Shown here: positions 1-12,880 of the stretch, one piece after another | Position numbering within the stretch: position 1 is the first letter of the stretch | Layout: each line of letters starts with the position of its first letter | Assembly (NCBI GenBank): GCA_951406725.2 | Contig: OX597835.1 | Location: 35,588,001-35,652,000 of the forward strand | Direction of reading: 5' to 3' | DNA length: 64,000 bases | DNA from: Octopus vulgaris | Taxonomy: Eukaryota | The notes under the pieces: generated by a model | The model's database searches: none | The model's input: only the letters and a program-made list of their open reading frames with translations | Told to the model about the DNA's origin: nothing | Position numbers and translations under genes: made by a program

Positions 1-270
1 CTGATGAAGGGTCCTATCTCTGTGTTTACTTGTCCTGTTTTCCATTTTTTTCTTGTTTCACTCCGTTTTCCCTCGTTTGTTTACGTATTTCATGTTATTT
101 GCACTGTTGGTGATGTCCTGTAACCATATATGCATGTATTCTGTCTATCTGTATATTATATTATATATTATTCATTGTATATATTCATACCTACATAATA
201 TATGGATATATATTCGTGAAGATATGTATGCTTATATTTCTGTATGTGTGTGTGTGTATATATATATACA

Positions 271-432
271 GGCGCAGGAGTTGCTGTGTGGTAAGTAGAT
301 TGCTTATCAACCACATGGTTCAGGTTTGAGTCCCACTTCGTGGCACCATGGGCAAGTGTCTACTACTATGGCGTCGGGCCGACCAGAGACTTGTGAGTAG
401 ATTTGGTAGACGGAAATTAAAAGAATCCCCTC

Positions 433-486
<54 letters not shown>

Positions 487-719
487 ATGTATGTGTGTGT
501 GTGTGTGTGTGTGTATGTTTGTGTGTCTGTGTTTGTCCCCCAGCATCGCTTGATAACCGATGCTGGTGTGTTTACGTCCCTGTAACGTAGTGGTTTGGCA
601 AAAGTCACCGATAGAATAAGTACTAGACTTACAAAGAATAAGTGCTTGGGTCAGTTTGCTCGACTAAAGGCGATGCACCAGCATGGCCGCAGTCAAATGG
701 CTGACAAATAAAAGAATAA

Positions 720-722
<3 letters not shown>
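271..722 (+). mobile_element. tRNA-derived SINE, family 1 (internal (TA)n/(TG)n tract)
   Basis: Head GGCGCAGGAG-TTGCTGTGTGG (A-box-like) ... GGTTTGAGTCCC (B-box-like), then GGGCAAGTGTC, an internal microsatellite, and a tail CCAGCATGGCCGCAGTCAAATG...AAAAGA. More than 10 copies in the window. Confidence 0.85.
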
Positions 723-780
<58 letters not shown>

Positions 781-911
781 CATACGCATATACATATACT
801 ACATATATAAATACACATATATATATGAGTAGAGAGCATATCTATCGATATACATGGACATACATTTCCGTGTTTATATGTGTGTGCATGTGTGTGAGTA
901 TGCGTTTGTAC

Positions 912-948
<37 letters not shown>

Positions 949-1095
949 CATATATGAATAGTGAGAGAAAGTATAACTTTCTGTGTATATGGATATACAT
1001 GCATACAGACAGGCAGACAGACGTATACACACATGCATATGTATATTGGCTATTGAATGAAAATGTGTGTATTTTATCATGTATGCATACATATA

Positions 1096-1159
<64 letters not shown>

Positions 1160-1178
1160 TGTGTACATATATATGTAC

Positions 1179-1210
<32 letters not shown>

Positions 1211-1296
1211 GTACATATATATATATATATATGTGTGTGTGCATGTGTGTACATATATATGTACATATATATACATATATATATATATATATGTAC

Positions 1297-1372
<76 letters not shown>

Positions 1373-1561
1373 GTAAATGTATATATGTACATATATATGA
1401 ACATGCCTAAATACAAAGTAACTCAGCAGCGAGGTACAGACAGTTATAACTGACTGCAATTTTCGAGAAGTGAAGCTGAGCGGAATCAACTCGTGGCTAT
1501 TCAGAAAATACTTAATACCATTTGCTAAAGTGTGTTAATTTATGCAAACATTACACAGAGA

Positions 1562-1922
1562 AGGCGCAATGGCCCAGTGGTTAGGGCAGCGGACTCGCGG
1601 TCGTAGGATCGCGGTTTCGATTCCCAGACCGAGCGTTGTGAGTGCTTATTGAGCGAAAACACCTAAAGTTCCACGAGGCTCCGGCAGGAGATGGTGGTGA
1701 TCCCTGCTGTACTCTTTCGCCACAACTTTCTCTCACTCTTACTTCCTGTTTCTGTTGTACCTGTATTTCAAAGGGTCGGCCTTGTCACTCTCTGTGTCAC
1801 GCTGAATATCCCCGAGAACTATGTTAAGGGTACACGTGTCTGTGGAGTGCTCAGCCACTTACACGTTAATTTCACGAGCAGGCTGTTCCGTTGATCGGAT
1901 CAACCGGAACCCTCGTCGTCGT
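1562..1922 (+). mobile_element. tRNA-derived SINE, family 2
   Basis: Head TGGCCCAGTGG...GGTTTCGATTCCC. The 3' body (CCCCGAGAACTATGTTAAGGGTACACGTGTCTGTGGAG) recurs inverted at about 25790-25910. Confidence 0.8.
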
Positions 1923-2413
1923 TACACAGAATAAAATTAGACGTTCTAAATATATGAAAAGAAAGTCCAATCAGTATATTGGACTTTCTGAAGCAAATTT
2001 TCAAAACCCTGGCCTAGTTGCAGCACCGGCGGAGGTCATCGGAGGTTTTTAAGAAATTGATGAGGCCCGGTTCGGTTTTAGATGTGCAGGCAAAAAGCAA
2101 AGGAACAGTTGTCCATGTGGTGGAGACATACATACACACACACACACATACATATATACATACATACATAGTACAAACATACTTACATTCATACATACAT
2201 ACATACATACATACATACAAACACACACACACATATATATGTGTGTGTGTATATATATATATATGCATATATATATATATATATCAGCCCTCTTCCACAC
2301 GCACATACACAATCTCTTATAGACACGCATGCGCACCTTTGTTTGGGGATCACCACTACTTTATTATCTCCCCTTCTCCATAGTTCTCCTGTGTGACCCT
2401 TCTGTCCGGCATT

Positions 2414-2603
2414 CGCCATGATAGATCGCTAGCCACTACACATTCTTTATTTTCTCTCCTTGTTTCTTTCTGTGTTCCTTTCTGTAGAAGAGCGTAGGCT
2501 CGAAACGTAAAAGACTTTTTCACTTCCCGAGCGTTACACTAATACATCTGTTTGTTGTCTACACCATCTATCTTCGTCTTTTGTTTTTTGTGTGAATAAT
2601 TCT

Positions 2604-2606
<3 letters not shown>
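2414..2606 (+). mobile_element. Short HHR-bearing pLTR-like element, family A, copy 1
   Basis: About 190 bp unit repeated at 19115, 23514, 34622(-) and 62511. Contains CTTT-CTGTAGA-A-GAGC-GTAG-GCTC-GAAA-CG-TA-AAAG (2478-2513) and ends in TCTCCC(TA)n. Confidence 0.75.
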
Positions 2607-2643
<37 letters not shown>

Positions 2644-2745
2644 TATGTGCGCGTGTGTGTGTGTACGTATGTGTGTGCGTATCGATACGTATATGTGAGT
2701 ATGTATGTGTATATATATGTATATATGTGCATATATATGTAGATA

Positions 2746-2795
<50 letters not shown>

Positions 2796-2851
2796 TATCT
2801 ACATATATATGCACATATATACATATACACACATGTGTAGATATATAAATA

Positions 2852-2891
<40 letters not shown>

Positions 2892-2909
2892 TACATATAT
2901 ATATACTTT

Positions 2910-3070
2910 TATTCTTTTATTTGTTTGTCATATGACTTCGATGATGCTGGAATGCCACTTTGTAGTCGATGAAATTAACCCCAGGACTTATTCTTTGTAA
3001 GCCCAGTACTTATTCCATTATTCTCTTTTGTCGAACTGTTAAGTTATGGGGACGTAAACACACCCACATC
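2910..3070 (-). mobile_element. SINE family 1, 3' fragment
   Basis: Reverse complement of the family 1 tail (CCCCAGGACTTATTCTTTGTAAGCCCAGTACTTATTC). Confidence 0.75.
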
Positions 3071-3678
3071 TTGGTCGAAATATTTATTATTGAGCCAGAA
3101 TGTGATAAATGGATATATTGTTAAGTCCGCATTAATTTTTAAGATATACAGATTGGTAGATCTGTAGACAGACACAGACGCTTACACTCACATATATTAC
3201 GTACAATGGAAAGAATATCACATACAGGAACGAAAAATTGAAAAGAATAAAAAACAAATTGTTGAATAAATGGAAAGAAGAGTTACCCTCACCCCCACCA
3301 ACTTTTCCATCTGTAGAGGAACTCCAGAAAGAAATATCAGAAGAATAAAACAGAAAGATGAGAACCAAAGTAACTGGTATATCTGTTATAAGGGTGGCAA
3401 TGTAGCGTATTGGTAACTGCTTAACTGTAGATTCAAGCACCGAGGTAAAATTTAAACTTCCTTTCAACATATGGGAAGTGCGGAAGAAGAAAGATTCGAA
3501 ACGGGAACCGCACGATTAGCAAGCGGATGCTTATCTCACTTTTATCTCCCTCCTTCCCTATCGCTGACATATTAGCTCTGGTAACGGTGGGTTGTACTGT
3601 GTTTCGTGTACTATCTATTTGTGTGAGAACGTGTGTGTTTGTGTATATATATATTACGTATGTATGTATGTATCTCTT

Positions 3679-3742
<64 letters not shown>

Positions 3743-3906
3743 CATAATGACATTTGCTATTCTCTTTTTTGGTGAAACATTACAAACTACAGTTCATATT
3801 AATGTTATATATACACATTAACGAATCGCTAAATTATCCAATCGCTTGGATGACAGAAACAAATGCCAATAGCAAAGTAACTCCGGAAAGAGCCGAAGGT
3901 GCGCTG

Positions 3907-3960
3907 GCTTAACTGATGAGGCGACGGGAAATTGCCGAAACTGACGCGTCGATATTAAGC
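3907..3960 (+). ncRNA. Type I hammerhead ribozyme motif
   Basis: Stem I GCTTAA/TTAAGC, core CTGATGA, stem II GGCGA/TTGCC, GAAA, near-palindromic stem III (GACGCGTC), then TA at the cleavage site. Confidence 0.8.
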
Positions 3961-4199
3961 ATTCTCGATCGGCACGTTTCGGACGATTATGGTCCCTGTT
4001 AGTGTATGTTTTCATTTATGTGCGTTAACTACAGCATTAGAACGCTTTAGCTCTTATTTCTAGCAATGTAGGTGTTGTCTAACTTCCTAGCCGCATTTAG
4101 TGGCATTTGTAATTCTCCTTTTCGGTAAAACATTGTAAAATGGTGTTCATATAAATTTTATATGCATGATCGACACTCTCGTCGAAGATGACGTATGAG

Positions 4200-4465
4200 C
4201 GTTCAGCCTTTGCTGAACGACCTTCAAAAATGATTTGTTTATAGTGATCAAATGTTCGTGCCACAAATTAGCTCAATCTCTACATCAAATTGACATTGTC
4301 TGGACAAGTACACTTTGTACCACGAGTCGGGTGTCGAAGTGATAGCAGACCAGAGTGAGTTGAAGAGTTTTGCACAAGAACACAACTTACCACCCGGTCT
4401 AGGAATTAAAATCATGATCGCTAGATTGTGAGTGCAACACTCTAACCACTAAGTCATGCGACCTC
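4200..4465 (-). mobile_element. Diverged tRNA-derived SINE
   Basis: The minus strand reads GAGGTCGCATGACTTAGTGGTTAGAGTGTTGCACTCACAATC...GTGTTCTTGTGCAAAACTCTTCA, similar to the heads at 33635(-) and 42243(+). Confidence 0.55.
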
Positions 4466-4496
<31 letters not shown>

Positions 4497-4498
4497 CC

Positions 4499-4564
<66 letters not shown>

Positions 4565-6109
4565 GTATTTGCTCGACTAAAGGCGGTGCTCCAGCGTGGC
4601 CACAGTTACATGACTGAAACAAGTAAAAGAGTAAAGAGTAAGTCGGTGAGCTGATAGAATCAGTAGCACGCCAGGCGAAATGCTTAGCGGTTCCGCGTTC
4701 AATTAACATCTGTGGCATGAAGAGGGGAGGCTGGTATGCATGGGCGACTGCTGGTCGTCCATAAACAACATTGCCTGGACTCGGAGGCAAACATTTTAGG
4801 TGTTATAATCCTTGAAATTGACATAACGTCCACTTCAGTGTACAATGTATACACTGTTTCCCAACCTTTTCGCGCCAAATTGCAGTATCGCCCACCTATC
4901 AGCCAAAAAATGCTCCATCGCCCACCTATGCTAAAAAAAGAAAAAAACCCTCACACAACCACCCCAGCACAAAATTTCCTAGGGCCACCCCTACCTTCTA
5001 TCGACACACATCGTAGACTCGTTGCCTTGTTAGTGCCGTTTGGACTAAACATGCGGTTGTTTACAAATCCCTTATTGAGGGTTTAGTTTTGCCATTAGTG
5101 TTAAATAATTCTAACGTTAACTCTATATTTTTCAGACAGATTAACTTCTGGAAACTTGCGCTTTCTTTTACACTGATTTCCATTTTCCCCAAATGAATCA
5201 TTTCAGAACTACCGATGCAAAAATAATTAATGATTGTATTATAAAGGAAAAGAATAAAACTTTTTTATGAGAACCATGAGTCTGGTGCGATGCAGCTTGT
5301 GCAGAGACATTCGGTTTCAAACTTGTCAACTTTAGCCACAAGTTTCCTTGTTGTGTCACATCCAGTCCAATTCTTTTCTGGGAAAATAAAGTTCCAACAT
5401 GGTTAAAACCAGATTGCTCAAAGCAGCAGCCGATTAATTAATTGCTTAAATAGTTAACCGACTGGTGAATTTCGAAGGTTTCTTGATCCTTGTAATTAAC
5501 TTCTCATTTGTCGCTGATCACAATTACCACGAGGTGCTTCTTTTTTTATTTTACTCTTGATTAGAATTTGTTCATAATCATGTAAAAAATATTTTCATTC
5601 CTGTTGACAAGGAAGGGAGAACTTGCTCGACAAGTCGCTCTTTAAAGTAAGTTATTTAGCAAATCTTTTACCACACAGCCACGCCTGCGCATCTCATGAG
5701 TATATAACAACATTGCTGGTTATGGCGGTAATGTGAAGTTGTGGGTCATTCGTGGCCCTCGAGGTGTTCAGTGAATAGTGACAAACTCTTTTAGGAGATT
5801 AAGTGACATGTTTAGAGGGAATTAGCCAATATTTCTGTTGGTAAAAGAGAAAGTGGTTTGAAATAGAATTCAGTCAAGAAGATTCCGTTGTGTTTGGTGC
5901 AATCTTTATATATATATGTGTGTGTGTGCTTCTGTATGTGTGTGCTTCTGTGTGTGTGTGTTCCTGTGTGTATGTGTGCGTGTGTGTATATGTATGTGTA
6001 TGCATATATTTATAGGTATATATATATGTATTTGTATGCGTATGCAAACATATATTCATACACGCATATATATATACATATATATATGTGTAAGTGTATG
6101 TTTGTGATT

Positions 6110-6145
<36 letters not shown>

Positions 6146-6284
6146 ACCATATATATGGTCGGAGAAATTGCTGCATATACGCAAAACTATTGCCTTACAT
6201 ACACTTTCGCAATCTCAGAGACTAGGAAGAAAGTACAAAAAAGAAATGGAAAAGAGATTGAAATGACGAAAGAAAAAGAAGATA

Positions 6285-6331
6285 GATAGATGGATGGAGA
6301 GAGAGAGAGAGAGAAATAGATAGATAGATGA

Positions 6332-6375
<44 letters not shown>

Positions 6376-6391
6376 ATAAATAGATAGATGA

Positions 6392-6423
<32 letters not shown>

Positions 6424-6443
6424 TTAGATAGATAAATAAATAA

Positions 6444-6495
<52 letters not shown>

Positions 6496-6521
6496 TTAGA
6501 TAGATAAATAAATAGATAGAT

Positions 6522-6564
<43 letters not shown>

Positions 6565-6575
6565 GAGAGAGAAAA

Positions 6576-6615
<40 letters not shown>

Positions 6616-6689
6616 TTAGATAGATAAATAAATAAATAGATAGATAGATAGATAGATAGTTAGATAGATAAATAAATAGATAGATAGAA

Positions 6690-6757
<68 letters not shown>

Positions 6758-6777
6758 TTAGATAGATAAATAAATAA

Positions 6778-6833
<56 letters not shown>

Positions 6834-6880
6834 TTAGATAGATAAATAAATAGATAGATAGAAAGATAGATAGATAGATG

Positions 6881-6920
<40 letters not shown>

Positions 6921-6943
6921 CATACATACATACATACATACAT
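6285..6943. repeat. (GATA)n compound microsatellite with (TACA)n end
   Basis: Direct inspection. Confidence 0.95.
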
Positions 6944-7395
6944 AAAGTGTGTGAAATAAAGAGAGAAACGGAGGGGTATACAGGGAAAGTGAGAAGGAGA
7001 GAATGATTGACCGAGAGAGAGAGAAAGAGAGAGAGAGAGACAGAGCGGAAGACGATAATGTGACGTGTGCCACAGAAATACGGTGTCATCCTAATGACGG
7101 CCATCTTATCAAAGCTACTAGCTTAGTTGGCTGTTAAACGACAACTGGTAGAGTGAACTAAATTGATGGCGGAAGAAAAACAGCGATCATATGATATCTG
7201 ATACGTTAAGTGGTAAGCAGTTATATAAGTAAGGATATTTGATATTTTCTACTCTACTGATTGTTCTATTAATGGATGAAATAAATCCTGGCCTCTCCTG
7301 TCAGCACTTCGGCAACTATAAATACATATGTGTGTGTATGTGTGTTGTGAGTGTGTGTGTGTTTGTATACATGTATACATGCCTTTATGTGTGTA

Positions 7396-7477
<82 letters not shown>

Positions 7478-7652
7478 ACAATGTATATACATATATATAT
7501 ATATATACATACACACATAAATATATGTATACATATATACATACGCACACACAAAAAGACATACATACTTACACACATGCGCACAGGCACACACATATAC
7601 ATACCTGTGCGTATTTGTGTTTGTATACATACAAAGATACAAACATGTATAG

Positions 7653-7711
<59 letters not shown>

Positions 7712-8176
7712 CATATACATATACATACATATACACGTATGCATGTATACACGCACACAGAGAAACGTACGTAAATAAACATACATGTATACACTCATGC
7801 ACAGTGTGTGCGTGTGTATATGTTCGTATATATACACGCCGATACACACACACACACACATACATGATGCACAGTTTGTAAAGTTTTTAAGCTTCAATAA
7901 AACACTATGTATGTATGTATGTATGTGTGTGTTTGTGTCTGTATATATTTATTCATATATACGCATATATACGGTATATATACGCACAGACGTATATAGC
8001 GATAAAAACAGTAAGCGAAAGATAGAGATAGATAGGTAGAGAGAGAGAGAGGAAACAAGGGGTTAAGAGAGATGATAGAAAGAAGAAGAATATGGAAGTT
8101 CGAATAAGTCACGATTAAAATTATTACCTTAATATCGACCTATACATACATAGGTACAAAAATACATTCTGCATAT

Positions 8177-8221
<45 letters not shown>

Positions 8222-8248
8222 CAGAGCTTGACTGCTATACATATATGT

Positions 8249-8297
<49 letters not shown>

Positions 8298-9254
8298 TGT
8301 GTAAGAATTATGTAGTAATTACCATAAAAAGTAAGATATTTATGGTAAAAGAGCTACATGTTGGAATGGCATACCATACGAAACCATGGGTAATGAACAG
8401 GATCAGTTGTTAAATGCGAAATGGTTAACTGTTTAGCATTTAAAGTGGCCATTCCAGGCTCATATATCCTGCGTGTCTTATGTCCAAACCAGTCAAATCT
8501 AGTCTCTCAGAGTTTACTCTACAATGTCTTTAGAAGCGAACAATCTTATCGTAACCTCCAATCTACGAGATAATGCCTGTGGATTTCAAAACAATTTAAA
8601 TAAATAACCATTACATTTGACAGAATAATCTGAATGCGACAGGATAAAATCAGCAACTGCTTTTTGCTTTTTTATATGTTTTGGAGAGTGGGGGTTGAAC
8701 ATGAGGCGGCTATATTTGAAAAAGCCTTTTGGTGAAAGAGAGTGAGGTGTTAGTAAAATGTTGAAAACCACAAGGAATGCACAATAAACGACTGCACACT
8801 CAGAACCCCGTTGACAGACCTAATATTAAATAGAGTTATACACTTACAGTTAGTAGCTCCAGTTTTCTGTAGATCTTGTAATTGTTGAGTATATAAGCAT
8901 GACGGATCCTGGTTTGTCTCAGGCTGATGAAATTGATGTAAATACCTCTGATGAGAATCCAATAAGTTTCGAACATCGACCAAAGCTCTTCGTAATTTCT
9001 TTTCAGTCTTCGGACGAATAGTTAAATGCAGGAGAAATGGATTTAAAATTGTTCAGTATAGAGTCACGGCGCTTCATATATTATTTCTCTTTTGTACTCG
9101 CTCCTTTTAACTCGATAATTCGCCTCTGCACAACACATATGCCCCACAATCGACACTCAACAAAAAATTTCTTTCTAATTTTGGCACAAAGCCAGTAATT
9201 TTAAGGGGAGAGCGAAGTCAATTTCATCGACTCCAGGGTCCACACACACACATT

Positions 9255-9493
9255 CTTTTCTTTTATTCTTTTACTTGTTTTACTCATTTGACTGCGGCCA
9301 TGCTGGAGCATCGACTTGAAGGGTTTTAGTCGAACAAATCGATCTCAGGAGTTATTTTGAAGCCTAGTACTTATACTATCGGTCTGTTTAGCTGAAACGC
9401 AAAAGTACGGGGTCATAAACACACCAACAGCGGAGGTCAAACGGTGATGGGGAGGACAAATACAGACACAAAGATACACACACGCACACACAC

Positions 9494-9560
<67 letters not shown>

Positions 9561-9702
9561 TATACACGACGGGCTTCTTTCCGTTTCCGTGTACCAAATC
9601 CACTCGCAAGTTTTTGGTTAGTGCGAGGCAATAGTAGAAAACACTTGCCCAAGGTGCCACGCTATGGGTCTGAGCCCGGAACTTTGTGGTTGGGAAAGCT
9701 AG
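9255..9702 (-). mobile_element. SINE family 1, head-truncated
   Basis: Reverse complement of the family 1 body with an internal (CA)n tract. Confidence 0.8.
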
Positions 9703-9710
9703 CTATATAT

Positions 9711-9908
<198 letters not shown>

Positions 9909-10080
9909 CACACACATATACATATATGTATGTAAATATGTATATCTCTCTCTCTCTCTATATATATATATATAGGGAGTCAGAGAAAGGCAGAATGCTA
10001 CTTATATCTGAACACTACTACAGAAATATTCATTTAAAAAAACTTTTCTTCTAATTTTTCTAAATTTAATTATTTAATCG

Positions 10081-10124
10081 TTACAGTTGAAAAGGTCTCA
10101 AAATGACCGAAACCGGTACTGAAA
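10081..10124 (+). ncRNA. Type I hammerhead motif, U3-A8 core variant
   Basis: TTACAG-TTGAAAA-GGTC(TCAAAAT)GACC-GAAA-CCGG-TA-CTGAAA, inside a (TA)n-flanked island at 9975-10173. Confidence 0.7.
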
Positions 10125-10170
10125 TGTTCACTATAAAATTATTTTAGCATTTTCTATTTTTGACTTGTTT

Positions 10171-10226
<56 letters not shown>

Positions 10227-10237
10227 TTTATAGAAGG

Positions 10238-10288
10238 AGCTTCTACAGGACTAGAACTGTTTCATTCAAATGAAATCATCAGGAAGCT
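10238..10288 (-). ncRNA. Type I hammerhead ribozyme motif
   Basis: Minus strand: AGCTTC-CTGATGA-TTTCATTTGAAT-GAAA-CAG(TTCTAGTC)CTG-TA-GAAGCT. Confidence 0.8.
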
Positions 10289-10491
10289 GTATTGAGTACC
10301 TTATTTACTGTGGTTAACCCCGACTCAACCCGGAACCTACACACACACATATATATATATAGAGAGAGGACGCCGTGATGACGTCAGCCCTCCTGGTGAC
10401 GTTGATGATCGCCTGGGGCTAAATGCATCAGTAACACCCCCACCGCCCTACCCTGTCCCTAGCCACATTCAGATGGCTAACGTCCCTTATG

Positions 10492-10557
<66 letters not shown>

Positions 10558-10558
<1 letters not shown>

Positions 10559-11023
10559 AATAAATAAATTTTAGGGTAGCAAAAAAATATTAGAAAAATT
10601 CTCCGCTACCAGTGGTCCAGCAAGAAAGAAAAAACAGTCAATAGACTATGTAATATACATTGAAACGTATAAGAGATGGCCATAATAGGACATCTGACTC
10701 ACTAGAAAGAGCAGTTAAACTCCAAACCACTAATAGTTGTAATTCTGAAATGGAAAGAGAAATAAAAACGTTTACCCTATCTTTTCTGGACTATGCAGAG
10801 TTTCGGCAATCTTTTGTAAATAAAATAAAATTATTTACGATTGGCGTTGCCTCTTCTGCAGAAAACCAAGGCTAGCATATAGGTACGAGGCGATAAGGAC
10901 CATGCCTCGAGTCTATATGCTATAACTTTTCAAAATCCACCACTCCCGCGCGGTTTTTCAGCAGTAAATATAACTGCCGATTTAATTTGCAAATTAGCCA
11001 AAAATTCCTTTTATTATTTTGTT

Positions 11024-11026
<3 letters not shown>
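10558..11026 (-). mobile_element. Solo PLE pLTR with hammerhead (10782-10865)
   Basis: Homologous to the tandem units at 58929-59864 (TTTAGGGTAGCAAAAAA...CGCTACCAG...CTAGAAAGAGCAG...AAAACGTTTACCCTA...CAGCAGTAAATATAA). HHR: TTTTCTG-CAGAAGA-GGCAA..TTGCC-GAAA-CTCTGCATAG-TC-CAGAAAA (U4A). Confidence 0.75.
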
Positions 11027-11060
<34 letters not shown>

Positions 11061-11161
11061 TTATATAAATAAGGATAAGATCATTAATTCAAAATTAAAT
11101 AACGAACTCATCAAGTGGCCAGCATGGGAAAAAATAACCTTCAAAGGTAATAATTATTAAA

Positions 11162-11337
11162 ATTATAAATTAGGGTATCTACGAGATACCACCACGCTGA
11201 AAATAGCTGCCATGATCTGACTCTAAATTCACCTTAAGTTTTCATATAGCAATACGCTATATGAAAACTTAATGTAGTTTTAGATTCGGTTTATGGCTGC
11301 TATTTTCAGCATGGTGGTATCTGGTAGCTACCCTAAT

Positions 11338-11344
<7 letters not shown>
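11162..11344. repeat. Imperfect palindrome (~90 bp arms) of a pLTR-like end
   Basis: ATTATAAATTAGGGTATCTAC...CATATAGC / AATAC / GCTATATG...GTAGCTACCCTAATTTATAAT. The arm resembles 58412-58480. Confidence 0.8.
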
Positions 11345-11395
<51 letters not shown>

Positions 11396-11536
11396 TGATT
11401 TTATCAGATAGCATGTAATAACTAGTTAAGGTAAAATTGATAAATTTATATTCATGGCAAGCGAGTAAGTACACAGGCTTAGTAACATGGTAAAATAAAC
11501 TGCAAATGGTTCTAAACTGCCTAAAATATATATATA

Positions 11537-12400
11537 CAGGCTGCGTAAGGTATTTGAGGACATAGCATTTTTGGGTCATTGCTGCATATTTTGCTAACTC
11601 TGTGTAATCTTTGTTTCAGAAAATAATAATGCCAGACCCTCAGCTTACTCAAGAAATGAAAAGACATGTTATTGTGGTTATAATGGCTGAATATAGCGAT
11701 TTAGAGATATCTCGATTTTTAAAAGTTGGCTTTCATCTACAAAGTTTGTAAGGAGCTAGAGACTGAAGATGGAAACGTATCACCAGTATCAAAGCATAAA
11801 AAGCATTCCAAATGCTCTGAAATCATCAGAACACCTGAATTTATCCAACAAGTTCAGCAGACCATTGATTACAATCCCAGAAAGTCCATGAGGTCAACTG
11901 CAAAAAATGTCCATGTGTCAGAAGGAACAGTCAGAAATGTTGTCCACGAAGACATCAGATATAAGGCTTATCTGATGAGAAAAGGTCAATTTGTCATAAA
12001 AAGCAAAATCACTACCTCAGATCGAAAAGGCTCTTAAACAAACTGAAAAATCGAGGAGAAGATTTGATTTGGTCTTTCTCAAACGAGAAAAACTGCGATC
12101 AAGGTCAAAAAGTTAACAGAAGAAATGACAGATGGTTATGTGCAGACCCTTCTGAAGTTCCAAGTGTTATGCATAAAAATTTCCCTGCAACTGTCATGGT
12201 TTTAGGGGTTGTGGGCAATGAAGGACATGTGATGTTTCCTTACTTCTTTCCACAAGGCCTTAGAGTTAACTCTGCTGCCTACACTGTGATTCTGGAAACA
12301 TTTGTTAAGTCCTCGATAGACAGTGTACTCAATGGATGTGCATATGTGTTTCAGTAAGACTCTGCACTATCACACGTGACTCTGGTAATACAGGAATGCT
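11537..12400 (+). mobile_element. Degenerate IS630-Tc1-mariner transposon, maT/DD37D-like, 3' truncated
   Basis: Broken transposase from ATG 11629: HTH region (NPRKSMRSTAKNVHVSEGTVRNVVHEDI), FSNEK (from FSDEK), NRRNDRW, PATVMVLG, GLRVNSAAY, YVFQ*DSALSH. Confidence 0.8.
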
Positions 12401-12467
12401 GTTATTTATAAACAATTATTAACTTCTCAATCTCCGTTTTCTTGTTTAAATGAATATAAACTATATA

Positions 12468-12880
12468 GGCGCAGGAGTGGCTGTGTGGTAAGTAGCTTGC
12501 TAACCAACCACATGGTTCCGGGTTCAGTCCCACTGCGTGGCATCTTGGGCAAGTGTCTTCTGCTATAGCCCCGGGCCGACCAATGCCTTGTGAGTGGATT
12601 TAGTAGATGGAAACTGAAAGAAGCCTGTCGTATATATGTATATATATATATGTATGTGTGTGTATGTGTTTGTGTGTCTGTGTTGTCCCCCTAGCATTGC
12701 TTGACAACCGATACTGGTGTGTTTACGTCTCCGTCACTTAGCGGTTCGGCAAAAGAACCGATAGAATAAGTACTGGGCTTACAAAGAATAAGTCCCGGGG
12801 TCGATTTGCTCGACTAAAGGCGGTGCTCCAGCATGGCCGCAGTCAAATGACTGAAACAAGTAAAAGAGAGTAAAGAGAGT
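12468..12880 (+). mobile_element. SINE family 1, full length
   Basis: A-box TGGCTGTGTGG, B-box GGTTCAGTCCC, and a complete tail ending GTAAAAGAG repeats. Confidence 0.9.

Noticed and set aside
1-120. CTGATGA at the window start as a hammerhead core
   Set aside because: No matching stem II-GAAA follows, and stem I lies outside the window.
1562-1635. tRNA gene
   Set aside because: The A and B boxes continue into a repeated SINE body, with no clean acceptor stem or terminator.
3478-3513. GTGCGG...GAAA...CCGCAC hammerhead-like frame
   Set aside because: The core is AAGAAGA and there is no UH site; too degenerate to call.
4851-5085. hAT-type MITE starting ACTGTTTCCCAACCTTTT
   Set aside because: No convincing right TIR or 8 bp target duplication.
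8948-8985. CTGATGA-GAA..TTC-GAAC hammerhead-like string
   Set aside because: It has GAAC instead of GAAA and no stem I or stem III pairing.
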